DNA of 64,000 bases from NCBI RefSeq assembly GCF_009914755.1, contig NC_060944.1; one strand, written 5' to 3'. This document shows, one piece after another, positions 1-15,011 of this stretch (its first letter is position 1; each line of letters starts with the position of its first letter). This stretch comes from the human T2T-CHM13v2.0 reference genome, Homo sapiens. A model generated the notes under the pieces. That model worked only from the letters and a program-made list of their open reading frames with translations. It made no database searches and was not told where the DNA came from. Both the position numbers and the translations under genes were made by a program.

Positions 1-838
1 CCAGGACATCTGATTAATTACACCCACAGCCTTCAAACCCAGCCCAGTTCCACTTAAAAAGTTTTTCAAAGATGCATAGAGCATGACTGAGGATTCTAGA
101 TAGGAAAAGGAGAAATTTTAGGCTATTAAAGTGCCTATTACAATTACACTTTAACATCGATATAGAGAAGCTTTGTCATTAAAACAGTTTTTTAAGGTTA
201 TTGTGTGAATGAGAACACTAAAATCGAAAATTTAAAAATACCTGCTGTTCCCTGCCATCCTCCTGGAAAACTTCCAAGCAGCCCCAAGTGTCTGTAAAGA
301 CTCCTTTGTGAAATGTCTATTCAGATGAGCCGCCGGGTCCCTATTGTAAAGCCAAACTGTTCCTGTTTTTCCTGCTGTTGTCACTGTCGCTCTGGCCCAT
401 GCAACACCACCCCCCGACCGACAGGGAGGGCAGGAGCCACAGCCCGGGCAACTCCTCGAGGGGAGGGATCTTTGTTTTGTTCACTGAGGTAGTCCCAAGA
501 CCCACTGCAGGATGAGCGCTTGGCAGGTGTTCCTTGTGAGTGAAGATCTCTAACAGTCAGCGGATACAGTAGGTGTGCTGCACCCTCACACCTCTTGCTC
601 CTGCCAGCATTGCTAATGAATCAATCACGACCATCCTTCCCTTAAGCCTGGATGCAGTCCTGTAGCTCTCAACCCCACAATCCAGGGACCAGCAAAGGCA
701 TCACACAAATTCAGATGATGTCCTTCTATTTCCAACCCACATCCAGTCTGACCTACAGTCAGAATTCTCTCCTCCCTTCCTTTCTTCATTCATTCATCCC
801 TCCCTCACTAAGGGCACACAGCTAGCAGGCCATTAGAT

Positions 839-1571
839 CAGCAGTCCCCAACCTTTTTGGCACCAGGGAACAGTCTCCTGAAAGACAATTTTTCCATAGA
901 CAGTGGGAAGTGGGGTAAGGGGGATGCAGGGGTGGTTTTGGGATGAAACGGCTCCACCTCAGATCATCAGGCATTAGATTCTCATAAGGAGTACACAACC
1001 TAGATCCCTTGTGTCACACGTGTCCTGTGAAGAGACAACCAAACAGGCTTTGTGTGAGCAATAAAGCTTTTTTAATCACCTGGGTGCAGGCAGGCTGAGT
1101 CCGAAAAGAGAGTCAGCGAAGGGAGATAGGGGTGGGGCCGTTTTATAGGATTTGAGTAGGTAGTGGAAAATTACAGTCAAAGAGGGTTGTTCTCTGGTGG
1201 GCAGGGGCGGGGCGGGGGCGGGGGGTCACAAGGTGCTCAGTGGGGGGCTTCTGAGCCAGGAGAAGGAATTTCACAAGGTAGTGTCATCAGTTAAGGCAGG
1301 AACTGGCCATTTTCACTTCTTCTGTGATTCTTCACTAGCTTCAGGCCATCTGGATGTATACGTGCAGATCACAGGGGATATGATGGCTTAGCTTGGGCTC
1401 AGAGGCCTGATAACTTGCACGTGCAGTTCACAGCAGTGTTCACGCTTCCGTGAGAATCTAATGCCACTGCTGATCTAATAGGAGGCCGAGCCCAGGCGGT
1501 AATGCTCACTCATCTCCAGCTGTGTGTCCCGTTTCCTAACCCCCACACGGCCTGGGGGTTGGGGACCCCTG
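839..1571. mobile_element. MER1B (hAT-Charlie) DNA transposon, split by a solo LTR7
   Basis: Termini CAGCAGTCCCCAAC...GTTGGGGACCCCTG. Imperfect 8-bp TSD CATTAGAT/GGTTAGAT. Confidence 0.85.
1012..1412 (-). mobile_element. Solo LTR7-family (HERV-H) LTR, probably LTR7B/C
   Basis: Minus strand starts TATCAGGCCTCTGAGCCCAAGCTAAGCCATCATATCCCCTGTG, the LTR7 5' end. TATAAAA near 1141-1147. 5-bp TSD CCTTG/ACTTG. Confidence 0.92.
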
Positions 1572-1630
1572 GGTTAGATCACATACAGCTTTGTAGACCA
1601 TCTAAAGACATTTACTTTTACCTGAGTGGT

Positions 1631-2142
1631 GTGGAGATACACAAAGACCAACCAAAGGAGAACAAGCTAAGGCAATTTATTCAGAGCTTGCTATAGCTAG
1701 GGGATCACCACCATCACATTGGTTTGGCAGAGACTCAAAGGCAGGCAGGGGAGTGGAGACAAGGGAAAGCTTCACGTGTGCCCTGATTGGAGGCTGTGCG
1801 CACAAGGAAGCTGAGACAGCTAACTAGAAGGCCATGCGTCTCCTGTGATTGACTAGGGATGCGTATTTGGCTTTCTCTGGTTGGTCCTAAGTTGCAACTG
1901 GGGACAGAAATTAGGGAAGCTGTCGGCTATTAGTCAAGTCCTAAAATCAGTTGGGGACTGATTGTTACCTGGGTTATTGTTTGACTTCCTAGATTATCTG
2001 CTAGAGATAATGATTCGACTTTCTACAAGTCTGACTTGTATGTAGTAGCCTGGCTTCCTGCACCAGTTGCCACCAATTATGGGCCAGAGTTTTGTATTTA
2101 CATATGGTCAGGCCATGGTCCATTTGTATATTCAGTATCTCA
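1631..2142 (-). mobile_element. ERV1 solo LTR, MER67-like
   Basis: TG...CA ends. Minus strand begins TGAGATACTGAATATACAAATGGACC, resembling MER67 as I recall it. Confidence 0.55.
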
Positions 2143-2897
2143 GTGAGATGGAGCAAGAGGGTTGTTTTTCCTTAAAATATGTATTGAAATGTAATTCACA
2201 TATACAATTCACCCACCTAAAGTGTACAATTCAGGGTTTTCTAGTATATTCACAGTTGTGTTGCCATCATACAATTTAATTTTAGAACATTTTTATCCTT
2301 CCCCGAAAGAAATCACATGTGTTAGAGTCACTCCTGCCTCCCTGCTGTGCCAGGCCTAAGCAACCACGAATCTACCTTCTGTCTCCATAGATACTTATTC
2401 TGGACTTTTCGTATGAATGGAATCATAAGCAAAAGCTTGATTTTCCATTGAAACAGCAGAGCCCTTAACTGCCCCCTCCCTGCCCATGGACGGTCTCTAT
2501 CCTTGCCTGGAAGTGCCTTATGACAAACAGCTTCTGTTTACAGCGTCCAGTTCTCTGAGTTGTAATGCATGTACCCACCTATGTAACAAATAATGCACCT
2601 ATAACCACCACCACAGTCAGAAGAACAAACATTTCCATCTCCTCCAAAATATTTCCTCTTGCCTTTTTGAGGCAGACAATGATACGCTTTTTGTCACTAT
2701 AGATAAATTTTGTTTTTTCTTGATTTTTCACGCAAGTGGAATTATATGGACTTTTGATGTCTGCCTTCTTTCACCCTGAAAAGTGTTTTTTGAGATCCAT
2801 TCATGTTTTGAGTGTATCTGTAACTGGTTAGCTTTTTATTGCTGAGCTGTGTTCTGTATGGAGATATGGGTACTTATTCACTCATCTGTTGATGGTC

Positions 2898-2965
2898 TGG
2901 TTTTCAACTATGAATTCAATTTCTTAGTTGATATAAACCTCACCTATTGATCTCTACTTTCCTTT
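2898..2965 (+). repeat. 68-bp local copy of 6218-6276 inserted into an L1 3'UTR
   Basis: TGGTTTTCAACTATGAATTCAATTTCTTAG(T/A)TGATATAAACC...TTTCCTTT occurs at both sites. Confidence 0.85.
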
Positions 2966-2992
2966 GTTTCCAGTTTGGGCTATTATAAATAA

Positions 2993-3317
<325 letters not shown>

Positions 3318-3458
3318 CTGCTTATCTTTTTTGTTGACTTATGCTTCATTTTTCTTGTGACAACACTTAAACGAAGCCTCATGAAAATTAAAAACTTATT
3401 CATTTTTTATTTGTGGTCCGTGTATTTTGGATCAGATCTAAGACCTATGCTAAAGAGG

Positions 3459-3886
3459 TGATAAAGAAAAGCTTCAGCTGAATTAAATTTAAAATAGTTT
3501 AATTGAGCAATGAATGATTTGTGAATCAGGCACCTCCAGAATCACAGCAGATTCACACGGACTCCCGCAGGCAGGTGGTAGAAGAAGATTTATAGACAGA
3601 AAAAGGGAAATGACATCCAGAAATCGGCACTGAGGTACAGAAACAGCTGGGTTGGTTACAGGTTGGCGTTTGCCTTATTTGAACACAGTTTGAACACTCA
3701 GCACTCTATGAGTGGTTGAAGTATGGCTGCTGGGATTGGCCAAGACTCAGTTATTGTTACAGGCACATACTCCTAATTTAGGTTGTCAATCTTGTCTGAC
3801 TATTAAGCTGGGTTACAGTTCACCCACAAGGACTCAAATATAGAAATCCAAAGTCCTTCTCAGGCCATATTTAGTTTGCTTTAACA
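3459..3886 (-). mobile_element. ERV1 solo LTR, MER57-family
   Basis: Minus strand starts TGTTAAAGCAAACTAAATATGGCCTGAGAAGG. Perfect 4-bp TSD GAGG. Confidence 0.75.
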
Positions 3887-3917
3887 GAGGTAAAGATGTT
3901 CTCCTTGGTTTCTTTTA

Positions 3918-4294
<377 letters not shown>

Positions 4295-4715
4295 TAGATT
4301 TTATGGTAAGGGGCCAAGTTTCCATTTTTTTTATATGAATATTCAGTTTTTCCAGCTCCGATTTTCTAAAAGATTATCCTTCCCTATGGAATTCCCTTTG
4401 TTCCTTACAAAAAATCAGTTGACCATGTATGTAAGGATCTAGTTCTGAGCTCACACTTCTAGTCCTTTGATCTATTTGTCTGTCTTCATTGCAATACCGC
4501 ATTGTCTTGATTACTGCCTTTCAAAAACTGGTGAAGTCAGGTAGTTTAAGTTCACCCATTTGTTCTTGTGTTTCAAAGTTGTTTTGCCTATTCTAGGTCT
4601 TTTGTATTTCCACATAAATTTTAGACTTAGCTTATTACATTTACAAAAAGAGTCTGCTGAGGTTTGGATTGGGGTTGCTTTAAATCTACAGATAAATATC
4701 AAGTCTTTAATCTAT

Positions 4716-5512
4716 TGTGAAAAGAAAATAAATCTCAGGACCCCAAAATCACTGAGCCCAAGGGAAAAGTCAAGGTGGGAACTGCCTCCCATTCTATACC
4801 CAATTAAAAGTTCCAGTAGACTTTTTTGGTAAAAATTAGCCATGGTGATAGATTTATTTATTAGGTACTAAAACTGATATAGAGCTTTTCTCTAAATATA
4901 GTAAAGCCTCTGATTCCCTGGAGTTTTCTAACATACACCAATCATGTTACCTTTGTGGTACGGTTTCCAACTATGAAAGATAGAAAAGCTACATACCTCC
5001 CTCACAGTTTGCCCACAAGGAAATTCCTTGTGGAGGAAAGACAGACAGAACTCAGTCATCCCTCTGCTCAGGTGAGACAAATCCATATCTGATTGTTTCC
5101 TTTGCCCTGTTGTTTCACTAAGCCAGACTAAGGCATAAGTGACTATTCCTAAATAGTCTAAATTGTGCATTCATTCATTTAGTGCGTTCACTGCATACAC
5201 TAAATTGTGCATTCAGCGAAAGCTTAATCAGAAACTCAAAGGAATGCAACCGGTTGCATACCTATGACCTGGAAGCCCCCTCCTCACTTCAAGTTGTCCT
5301 GCCTTTGCGGACCAAACTGATGTACATCTTATATATATTGATTGATGGCTCATGTTTGCCTAAAATGTATAAAACCAAGCTGTGCCCTGATCACCTTGGG
5401 CACATGTATGTCATCAGGGCCTCCTGACACTGTGTCTTGGGCACATCCTAACCTTGGCAAAATAAACTTTCTGAATTGATTGAGACCTGTCTCAGATACT
5501 TCTAGGTTTACA
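4716..5512 (+). mobile_element. MER4A-family solo LTR carrying a foreign ~180-bp insert
   Basis: TGTGAAAAGAAAATAAATCTCAGGACCCC...AATAAA...GGTTTACA. TSD CTAT. Confidence 0.85.
4798..4977 (+). repeat. ~180-bp local copy of 6058-6234
   Basis: Direct alignment with about 15 differences by eye (~92% identity). Confidence 0.92.
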
Positions 5513-5704
5513 CTATGAGAAAGGTCTCTCTCTCTCTGCACTTATTGAGGCCTTTAAAAATTTCTCTCAACAAGGTTTTATAGTTTTCAATGTATTGATC
5601 TTAAATCCATTCTGTTCAATTTATCACTATTCCATGCTTTTTGATGCTATTGAAAATATTTTAAAATTTCTTTTTTCAATCGTTTGCTAATATATAGAAA
5701 TACA

Positions 5705-6011
<307 letters not shown>

Positions 6012-7650
6012 CACAGCTAAGAAATATAACTGGTTTTGTATATTGATTCAAACCAATCCCAATCAAAGTTCCAGTAGATTTTTTGGTAAAAAATAGCCAT
6101 GGTGATAGACTTATTTATTAGTTACTAAAACTGATGTGGAGTTTTTCTCTAAATATAATAGAGCCTCTGATTCTCTGGAGTCTTCTAACATACACCAATC
6201 ATGTTACCTTTGTGGTATGGTTTTCAACTATGAATTCAATTTCTTAGATGATATAAACCGATCTCTATTTTCCTTTAATCAGTGTTGGTAACTTTTTGCC
6301 TTTCAAGAAATGTCTTCATTTCATCTAATTTTTCAAATTTATTGACATACAATTGTTTCCACATTTCCTGACCGTCTCTTTGATGTCTATGATATCTGCA
6401 ATGCTGTCTCTTTTTCATTCCTGATACTGGTAATTGGTGTGTTATCTTTTTCATGATCAGTCTACAAATAGCTAAAGATTTACCACCTTTATTGATCTTT
6501 TCAAATAACTATTTTTTGGTTAATTGGTTTCTCTCTTTTTTTAGGTTTTCTATTTTTCTTGATTTCCACTGTTATTGTTATTATTTCTTTCCGTTTACTT
6601 ACTTTGGGTTTAATTTATTTGTTTTAGTAAAATGTACATGACATAAAATTCATCATGTTAACTATTTTTAAGTGTGTAGCTCTGGTAGTAAGCTGCATAG
6701 CTGTGGCACTAAGTACATCCATACTAGTGTGCGGTCAGCCCCACCATCCACCTCCAGAACTTTTTCATCGTCCCCAACTGAAACGCTGTCCCCATTAAAC
6801 AATAACTTCCCATTTTCCCTCCCCACAACCCCTGGCAACCGCCATTCTCCTGAGTCTGACTACTTTAGGACTTCATATGAATGGAATAATATAGCATTTG
6901 TTCTTTTGTGACGGGCTTATTTCACTTAGCCTAACATCTTCAAGGTTCATCCATGTAGCATGTGTCAGAGCTTCCTTTCTTATGAAGTCTGAGTAGATAC
7001 CACATTGTGATTATTCATTCATTCAGTGATGGACACCCGGGTTCTTTCCACATTTTAACTGTCATGAATGATGCTGCTATGAACATGGGTGTGCAAATAT
7101 CTACTCAAGTCCCTGCTTTCACCTCTTTTGGGTATATATCCAAAAGTGGAATTGATAGATCATATGGTAACATTCTACGTTTAATATTTTGAGGACTCAC
7201 CGTTCATTTTCCACAGCAACGACGCCATTTTATATCCTGCCAGCAATGCACAAGCGTTCCAATTTCTCTGCAATGCACAAGTGTTCCAATTGCTCCGCCT
7301 CCTCGCTAATGGTTTTCTGTTTTGTTGTTGTTGTTTTTATAATAGCCGCCCCAACGGGCGTGCAGCTGTCTCATTGTGGTGGGTTTGATTTAATTTTAAT
7401 TTTTGTAGCTTCTGAGAAGTAGAAGATTAAGATGGTATTCTTCACCAGAGTACTTTGCTACTCCATTTTACTGAGGTTCAATTTCACCAAAGATTTGGAA
7501 AAGTAATCCTTTGATTAAAACAAATGATTGTATCATTTAATAGTCACAAACCTTAAGTGTGTTTTACGGGAATGCAAGCACTTCAAAAAATTGCTTAAGT
7601 CAAACTACTTCAAGGCCACCTCTTCTAGTGTTTTAAAGAGCTGGTTAGCA

Positions 7651-7998
7651 CAGCCACACACCACATGGGGAAGTTCTGGCTGATGGCGGACCATGCATAT
7701 GACGATGGTGCCATAAGATTATAATACTGTATTTCCATTGTACCTTTTCTATGTTGAGCTATGTCTAGATACACAGATTCTCACCATTGTCTGACAGTTG
7801 CCTACCCTATTCAGTACAGTCCCATGTTGTATAGGTTTGTAGCCTCGGAGCAATGGGCTCTACCATGCAGCCCAGGTGTATAGTAGGCTGTACCATCTAG
7901 GTTTGTGTGAATATGCTCTACGATGCTCACACAATGACAAAATGACCTAACAATGCATTTCGCAGAATGTGTCCTCATCATGAAGCAATGCCTGACTG
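7651..7998. mobile_element. Tigger3a/MER7A-like DNA transposon
   Basis: CAG...CTG ends. Contains GGTGCCATAAGATTATAATACTGTATT. Confidence 0.75.
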
Positions 7999-8179
7999 CA
8001 ATGTCTTATCAGAGCTGATGGTTACATTTTCAGGAATTTCGTAAGCTACTTGTTAACCACAGCCATTATTAAAAATTAAATAACAAAGTTATAGTTAAAT
8101 TATATTTAAAATGCAAATAATTACTTAAAAGTCATCACTTCCTAATTAGTTAACTACATTTTACAGTGATCTATTCTAA

Positions 8180-8800
<621 letters not shown>

Positions 8801-10059
8801 TGATCGTCTAGACTTTTTGTGATTTTTTCATCACAATAGTGATGGAAAATGTTAAGAATGGAGATTACCTTAAATGCATGGTCTATCTGTGGCTGTTGTA
8901 TTGCGAATGGTATCAAAAAGTTTGAGGAAATATTCTTCCAGCATTTGAAAACTTGTCTAATTTAGCAAGACAGTTGCTCCCATCATTATCAAATGAGTGA
9001 AATTGAGACATGTCTTTGTTATTTCACTTTTGTCTTAGTAATTGACGGATATGAAAATATCAACCAAATGTTCAGGTTGGAACTATAATTGTTTGTCAAT
9101 GATACAAGCCAGTTTCTTTGCTGAATTGGATATCATTCAAGCATTTATTCACAGCGTGATAATGTCACTCTATTGTTGGTGATAGAATTTTAAGAGCTGA
9201 TAATGGACTTTGCAAGAAATAGAAAGTTATGCTGAAGTTATAGGTGTGTGAAACTTACAATAGAGCATTGTAAGTCTTATTGTCTATGGGTTCTGTGCTA
9301 CACACCCTTCGTATCAGTGGTATGTAGACCAAGCACACATGTGTATGCATATGTGCGCATATTTTTATTTTCTGAAAAGCCATCTGTTGACATTCACCAG
9401 CACGTTACCACCCCAACCCCGCCAGGGCTCACAGGAAGTCCTCAGCTTTGAGTGTCTCTGGGAAGGGATAGGAGAAAATGTGGAAAACCACAGCCCTGAG
9501 GTTTGTGGCGGCCACGGGGGAACCTGAGCAGCTACAACTGTGTTTCGTAAACCTGTGCCAATTGTACCTGCAGGAAACTGGTTATTTAGGATGGCTAGCA
9601 CGTGAGTCCTTAGAGGACTCGGCTTAAAAAACACCGATTTCAGAATCTAAAGCTGAGACTGCAAAGGGTTTCCATTGTGAATGAACACCAACAACAGAGG
9701 TTTTCTGCAACCCTTTTAAAAGATATGACGACGGCAAAAAAAAACCCCACAGATTAAATAGCTCGTGGTCACTCCCTCCAGAAAAGCCTACCCATCCTCA
9801 GGGGTCCAAGTGGCCGGTGTGGGCAACACCAAACCACGTGGTTTGCAATAGGCATGAGGTCAACACAGGCTCAGGAAAAGGAGGGGGGGGCAGCGCTTCA
9901 GATTCCATACTGTTCCCAGCATTTTCATCATCACTCCTCTGCTGCACCCACCCTTCCCTGCTCCAGCCCACATATGCAGCCTCCCCCTAAACCACCCGGG
10001 AAGGACAATGGCCGCCCTTCCTGTAGATCAGCCTCAGCTTACAGAGGGTCCCTGGGATC

Positions 10060-10619
10060 TAGGCTGACTACTGGTCCCAGTTTGCCTGGTCCTTCACCGG
10101 CTTTAGCACTGAGTGCCCCAGGTGTCGCTGTGTTTGTTCCTTATTGTTGCTGTAATAAATGTAGTGGTTTCAAACAACACAGATTCATCCTCTTGTAGTT
10201 CTGGACTTCAGAAGTCCTCAAATCAGGCTTAAATCATGGTGTCAGAGGACTGTATTTCATCTGAAAGCTTTAGAGGATAATTTGCTTCCTTGCCTTTTCT
10301 AGTTTCTGGAAATCTCCTGGTTTCCTGGGGTCTGGGTCTCTTCCTCCATCTTCAAAGCCAGTGACCTAGCATCTTCCAGTCTCTCTCTGACTCTGGCCCT
10401 CCTGCTAGCTCTTGCAGGGATCCTTGTGATTATAAACTGAATCACAGGATAACCTCCCCATCTCAAGACCATTGACTCAATCCCATCTGCAAAGTCCCTT
10501 TTGCCATGTAAGGTCACACATTCATAGGTTCTGGGGATTAGGATGAGGACATCTAGGGGCGCCAACTGCACCCCAGAAGCCCCTCAGTCCTGGGCAAACC
10601 AGCATGGCTGGTCACCCTG
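10060..10619. mobile_element. MER81-like hAT MITE split by an MLT1 (MaLR) LTR at ~10130-10570
   Basis: TAGGCTGAC...GGTCACCCTG termini. Internal MLT1 motifs TTGCTGTAATAAAT and CCATCTGCAAAGTCCCTTTTGCCATGTAAGG. Confidence 0.7.
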
Positions 10620-10799
10620 CTAGGGTCCTGAAGGCTCATTAAAGCATAGCCTAGAAGCAGGATGCAACCCTCATCCTGCTGTGGCCAGTTGACAAGTACG
10701 CCAGAGGCTGGGGGGGATGATTTACATCCAAACCTGGGGAATGCCTGTATCTTTCCGCCCCAGATAGGGCCAGGATGATTCATCTCAACCCAGTGGTGT

Positions 10800-11300
10800 G
10801 CCCTTGTGAAAATTAATTAACCTTTTTGGACCACAATGGCCTCTATCAAATGACAGTAATAAAGCTTCACCTTGTGCGTTGGCGTGAGATGGAGTGGGAG
10901 GGGGTGTGCAGCCCCTCACGAGGCATATAAAGGAGCCTCGATAACTGGGAGCTCGTGTTTTAATCAAAGCCCCATTGTCACGGGTTTATTCACATCCTCT
11001 TCTCATTTCAAAGAGGGTTCCTTGGGCTCACAATGGCTCATCAGTTAGAGTGGCAGGATCGGAACTGCAGTTTGGAGGAGGAAAGAAAAGGACAGGCTGG
11101 GAAATGAACAGGAAGTGAGAACAGGAGCAGGGCCCAGGCGGGGCTGGTGCACAGGACGTCACCCCCAGGCTGGGATGCGCCCGGGGCTACAGGATACACG
11201 CTGGGCCCGGAGCCTACACCTGGGCCACTGACTCCCAGGGATCCGAGTCTGTGTGCTGGGCCTTATGTAAAACCACAGGGCAAACCAGGGCATCTCTTCA
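10800..11300 (+). repeat. Ancient direct paralog of ~30910-31430 (MIR plus unique sequence)
   Basis: Collinear shared blocks AGCTC.TG.TTTAATCAAA, TTCAAAGAGGGTTC, GGCTGG.G.ACAG.ACGTC and CTGGGC(C)TTATGTAAA. Confidence 0.7.
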
Positions 11301-11354
11301 TTAAGGATGAAAAACTTATTTATGAAAAACTTATTTATATTAAAAGATGCAACC

Positions 11355-11625
11355 TTTAGGACATTATACTAAGTGAAATATGCCAATCACAAAAAAACCA
11401 AGACTGTATGAATCCACTTCTACGATGTCCCTAGAGGAGTCAGTTCAGGGACAGAAAGTGGAATGGGGGTTCCAGGGGCTGGGGAGAAAGTGGGAAGGGG
11501 GACTTATTAACATGTTCAATGGGGACAGACTTTCAGTTTTGCAAGATGAAACAGTTCTGCAGCTGGAGGGCGGTGATTTGTGCATGGACTTAACACCACA
11601 GAAGTGTACGTGTGACAATTGTTAA
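11355..11625 (+). mobile_element. L1M 3' end fragment
   Basis: GGACATTATACTAAGTGAAATATGCCAATCAC...TTTCAGTTTTGCAAGATGAA. Confidence 0.8.
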
Positions 11626-11710
11626 GGTGGCCGATGTTAACTGAGGAGAGCTGGTGGCCGTGGTGCCCTCCCAGGTGATTGCCTCTGTAATAGTGCTGCT
11701 GTGCTGTAAG

Positions 11711-11821
11711 TAGGGTGACCAACTCATCCTGGTCTGCCCAGGACTTCCCCAGTTCCAGTTGGAACATCTCTTGTCCCAGGACATCCTCAGTCCTGGGCAA
11801 GCTTGGAGGGTGGTCACCCTG
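11711..11821. mobile_element. MER81-like hAT MITE
   Basis: Terminal inverted repeats TAGGGTGACCA / TGGTCACCCTG, about 111 bp. Confidence 0.8.
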
Positions 11822-12027
11822 CTTGTGAGGCACATGCACGTGCCGTCCTCTGATGGGGCAGGGCTGCCCCTGAGGCCCAGGGTTCTCAGCCCTGACTGTG
11901 CCAGAGAACTCACCAGGAAGATTCTGGAAACACAGGTGCTAATTTAGCCCCGAACCTAGGGAGCCTGATTTAATAGCTCTGCAGAAGGGCCTGGGCTGCT
12001 TTTTCACTTTAAAAAAATATGCTTCTT

Positions 12028-12368
<341 letters not shown>

Positions 12369-13163
12369 CTAAGTGGAAGTGTGGGAAGGAGCGGCTGCTG
12401 GGCCACTGCCCTCGGCTCTTGTCAGATGTCACCAGTTGACCACCAGTGTCTTCGATGAGGCTCGTGGTCTGCCCCATGTAGGGTAGCCCTGGGTGAGATG
12501 GGCCTGTGGGGTGAAGCTGGAAGCTGGTGACTACCCTCCAGGCCAGTGTGTTCACCCATCCTTTGGGGCTCACTCACGTCCCAGACCCAAGGCAGTGTGA
12601 ATGCATCGCCCAGTCGCAGGCATGTTCTCTTCCATCTGGGGGATCTGGATGAGGCCTCAGAGTGAGCAGGGAACTGGCATGACCCTGGTCTGGGATTGGT
12701 GGGACAAGTGGCAATTCTCTCCTTGTCGAGGCCTCCTGGACAGAGGTCACTCACCCACAGGGCACTCAGCCATGTGTGGAGGGCAGAAGCCAGCACAGCT
12801 GGTGTGTCTTCCCATTCAAAAATTTGGAAAAGAAAAACACTGGTTCTCTAACTTTGAAAGAAGCAGCCTCATATCGAGGAATGCAGTTTTAAATCTCATT
12901 TTTTTTTAAGTGAAGTAGAAAATAAAATACATGTATTTCAATCCCAGGAAAATGCTTAACCAATCTTCACGTCTCCACTAATACGGCATCTTTCTCTAAT
13001 GAATAAAAAAAATATATCTTTGCCAAAGGAAAACGTTACGATTACTTTTTATATGAACAAACTAGTTGTACTTAATAAAGACAATACTATTTGACAATTT
13101 AACTTTTGAAAATTTATTAACCACACACGCACACATATATATTTTAAACTATCAGCATTTACT

Positions 13164-13341
13164 ATGTGATTTGTTCACAAAAGATAAATTCAGCAAAAGA
13201 ATGAAAAAGAAACAGACAAACCCCACTGGCAGGCATTCGCCCTGCACTCGGGACCTGTTGCTGTGCCTGACTCCGGGCCGCTGTCTCTGCCCATCTTACA
13301 AGACTGTGCATGGACCCCCTGAAACCCCTTGTAATCCACTA
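13164..13341 (+). repeat. Donor of a 178-bp direct duplication (copy at 14834-15011)
   Basis: 2 mismatches in 178 bp. Confidence 0.97.
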
Positions 13342-13352
13342 GCAGCCACTAG

Positions 13353-13718
<366 letters not shown>

Positions 13719-14833
13719 AATTTCTGGTTATCTTTAAGAAAAAATTAATATTGTTGTTGTAATTGTCTTCTTGCTCCTCAGTCCCACCAATTTGCTGTCT
13801 CCACCATATTTCAGGGGCTCTGAAACGATAGCCCCCATTACTTTCTCCCCTTGAGAAGGGCTACCTCTTCCCTCACCAATGGTCCCATACCTGATTGCTT
13901 GTTGGAAGTTCCTGGGATGCTCTGAGGACACGCTGCTGACTGGGAGTCACCGCCAGGGATTTGGATGTCATCGGATGGGGATGAACCTGTGCTCAAGGGT
14001 GATTTGAAACCTCAGGCGAGTCTGATGATTGACCGAGTGTGAGATACCTGTGCCTGGACAAACATTTGCACACATCAGGGCTGGTTCATTTGCACCCCCA
14101 AACACTCAGCCTAGTTTTGCCTGTTATTTTTAAACTTTATATAAATGGGATGTGTCTGTTTAGGATGCAGTCAACACTGTGATGTCATTCATAGTGCGCC
14201 TGGTCTGTAGCAGGGGTTGGCAGACCTTTTTGGTAGAGGGCCACATGGCAAATGTTTGAGGCTTTGCGAGCCACCTGTCATCTCTGCTGCACAGTTTGCT
14301 TTCTTTCTTTTCTTTTCTTTTTCTTTTTTTTTTTTTACTTTTATAATCCTTTAACTATCCTTAGTTTGAAAGCTATGCAAAAGCAGGCCCCAGGCTGTAG
14401 CATGTGTTGACTTCCTGCTCTAGTTGATTCATTATCATGGTATATTTCCATTTTATGAATATACAAATTTATTCTACTGTTGAAGGATATTGGGGCTGTT
14501 GGCAGATTTGGCTGTTATGAAAAATGCTGTTATGGGCAGCATGGAGCATGTCTCTTGGGATACAGTTGTGTGTGTCTGCTGGGTACATACCTAGGGATAG
14601 AACTGCTGGATCGTAGGGTTATGGTATCTCCACCTTTAGGGGATAAGGCCACACAGTCTCCTGACATGTTCATAGCAATTCACACTCCCACCTGTGTGTA
14701 TCAGAATTCCAGTTGCTCCACACCCAACTCGTGGCCTGCCATATTTCCAATTTCAATATTGCTAATGGGTATATAATGTTTATTATCTCATTCTGGTTTT
14801 CGTTGGCATTTCTCTGATTTCATTTGCATTACC

Positions 14834-15011
14834 ATGTGATTTGTTCACAAAAGATAAATTCAGCAAAAGAATGAAAAAGAAACAGACAAACCCCTCTGGC
14901 AGGCATTCGCCCTGCACTCGGGACCTGTTGCTGTGCCTGGCTCCGGGCCGCTGTCTCTGCCCATCTTACAAGACTGTGCATGGACCCCCTGAAACCCCTT
15001 GTAATCCACTA
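14834..15011 (+). repeat. 178-bp copy of 13164-13341 inserted in L1
   Basis: Direct alignment at offset 1670. Confidence 0.97.

Noticed and set aside
9830-9845. Perfect 16-bp palindrome CAAACCACGTGGTTTG containing an E-box
   Set aside because: About one such palindrome is expected by chance in 64 kb (4^-8 per position), and there is no other support.
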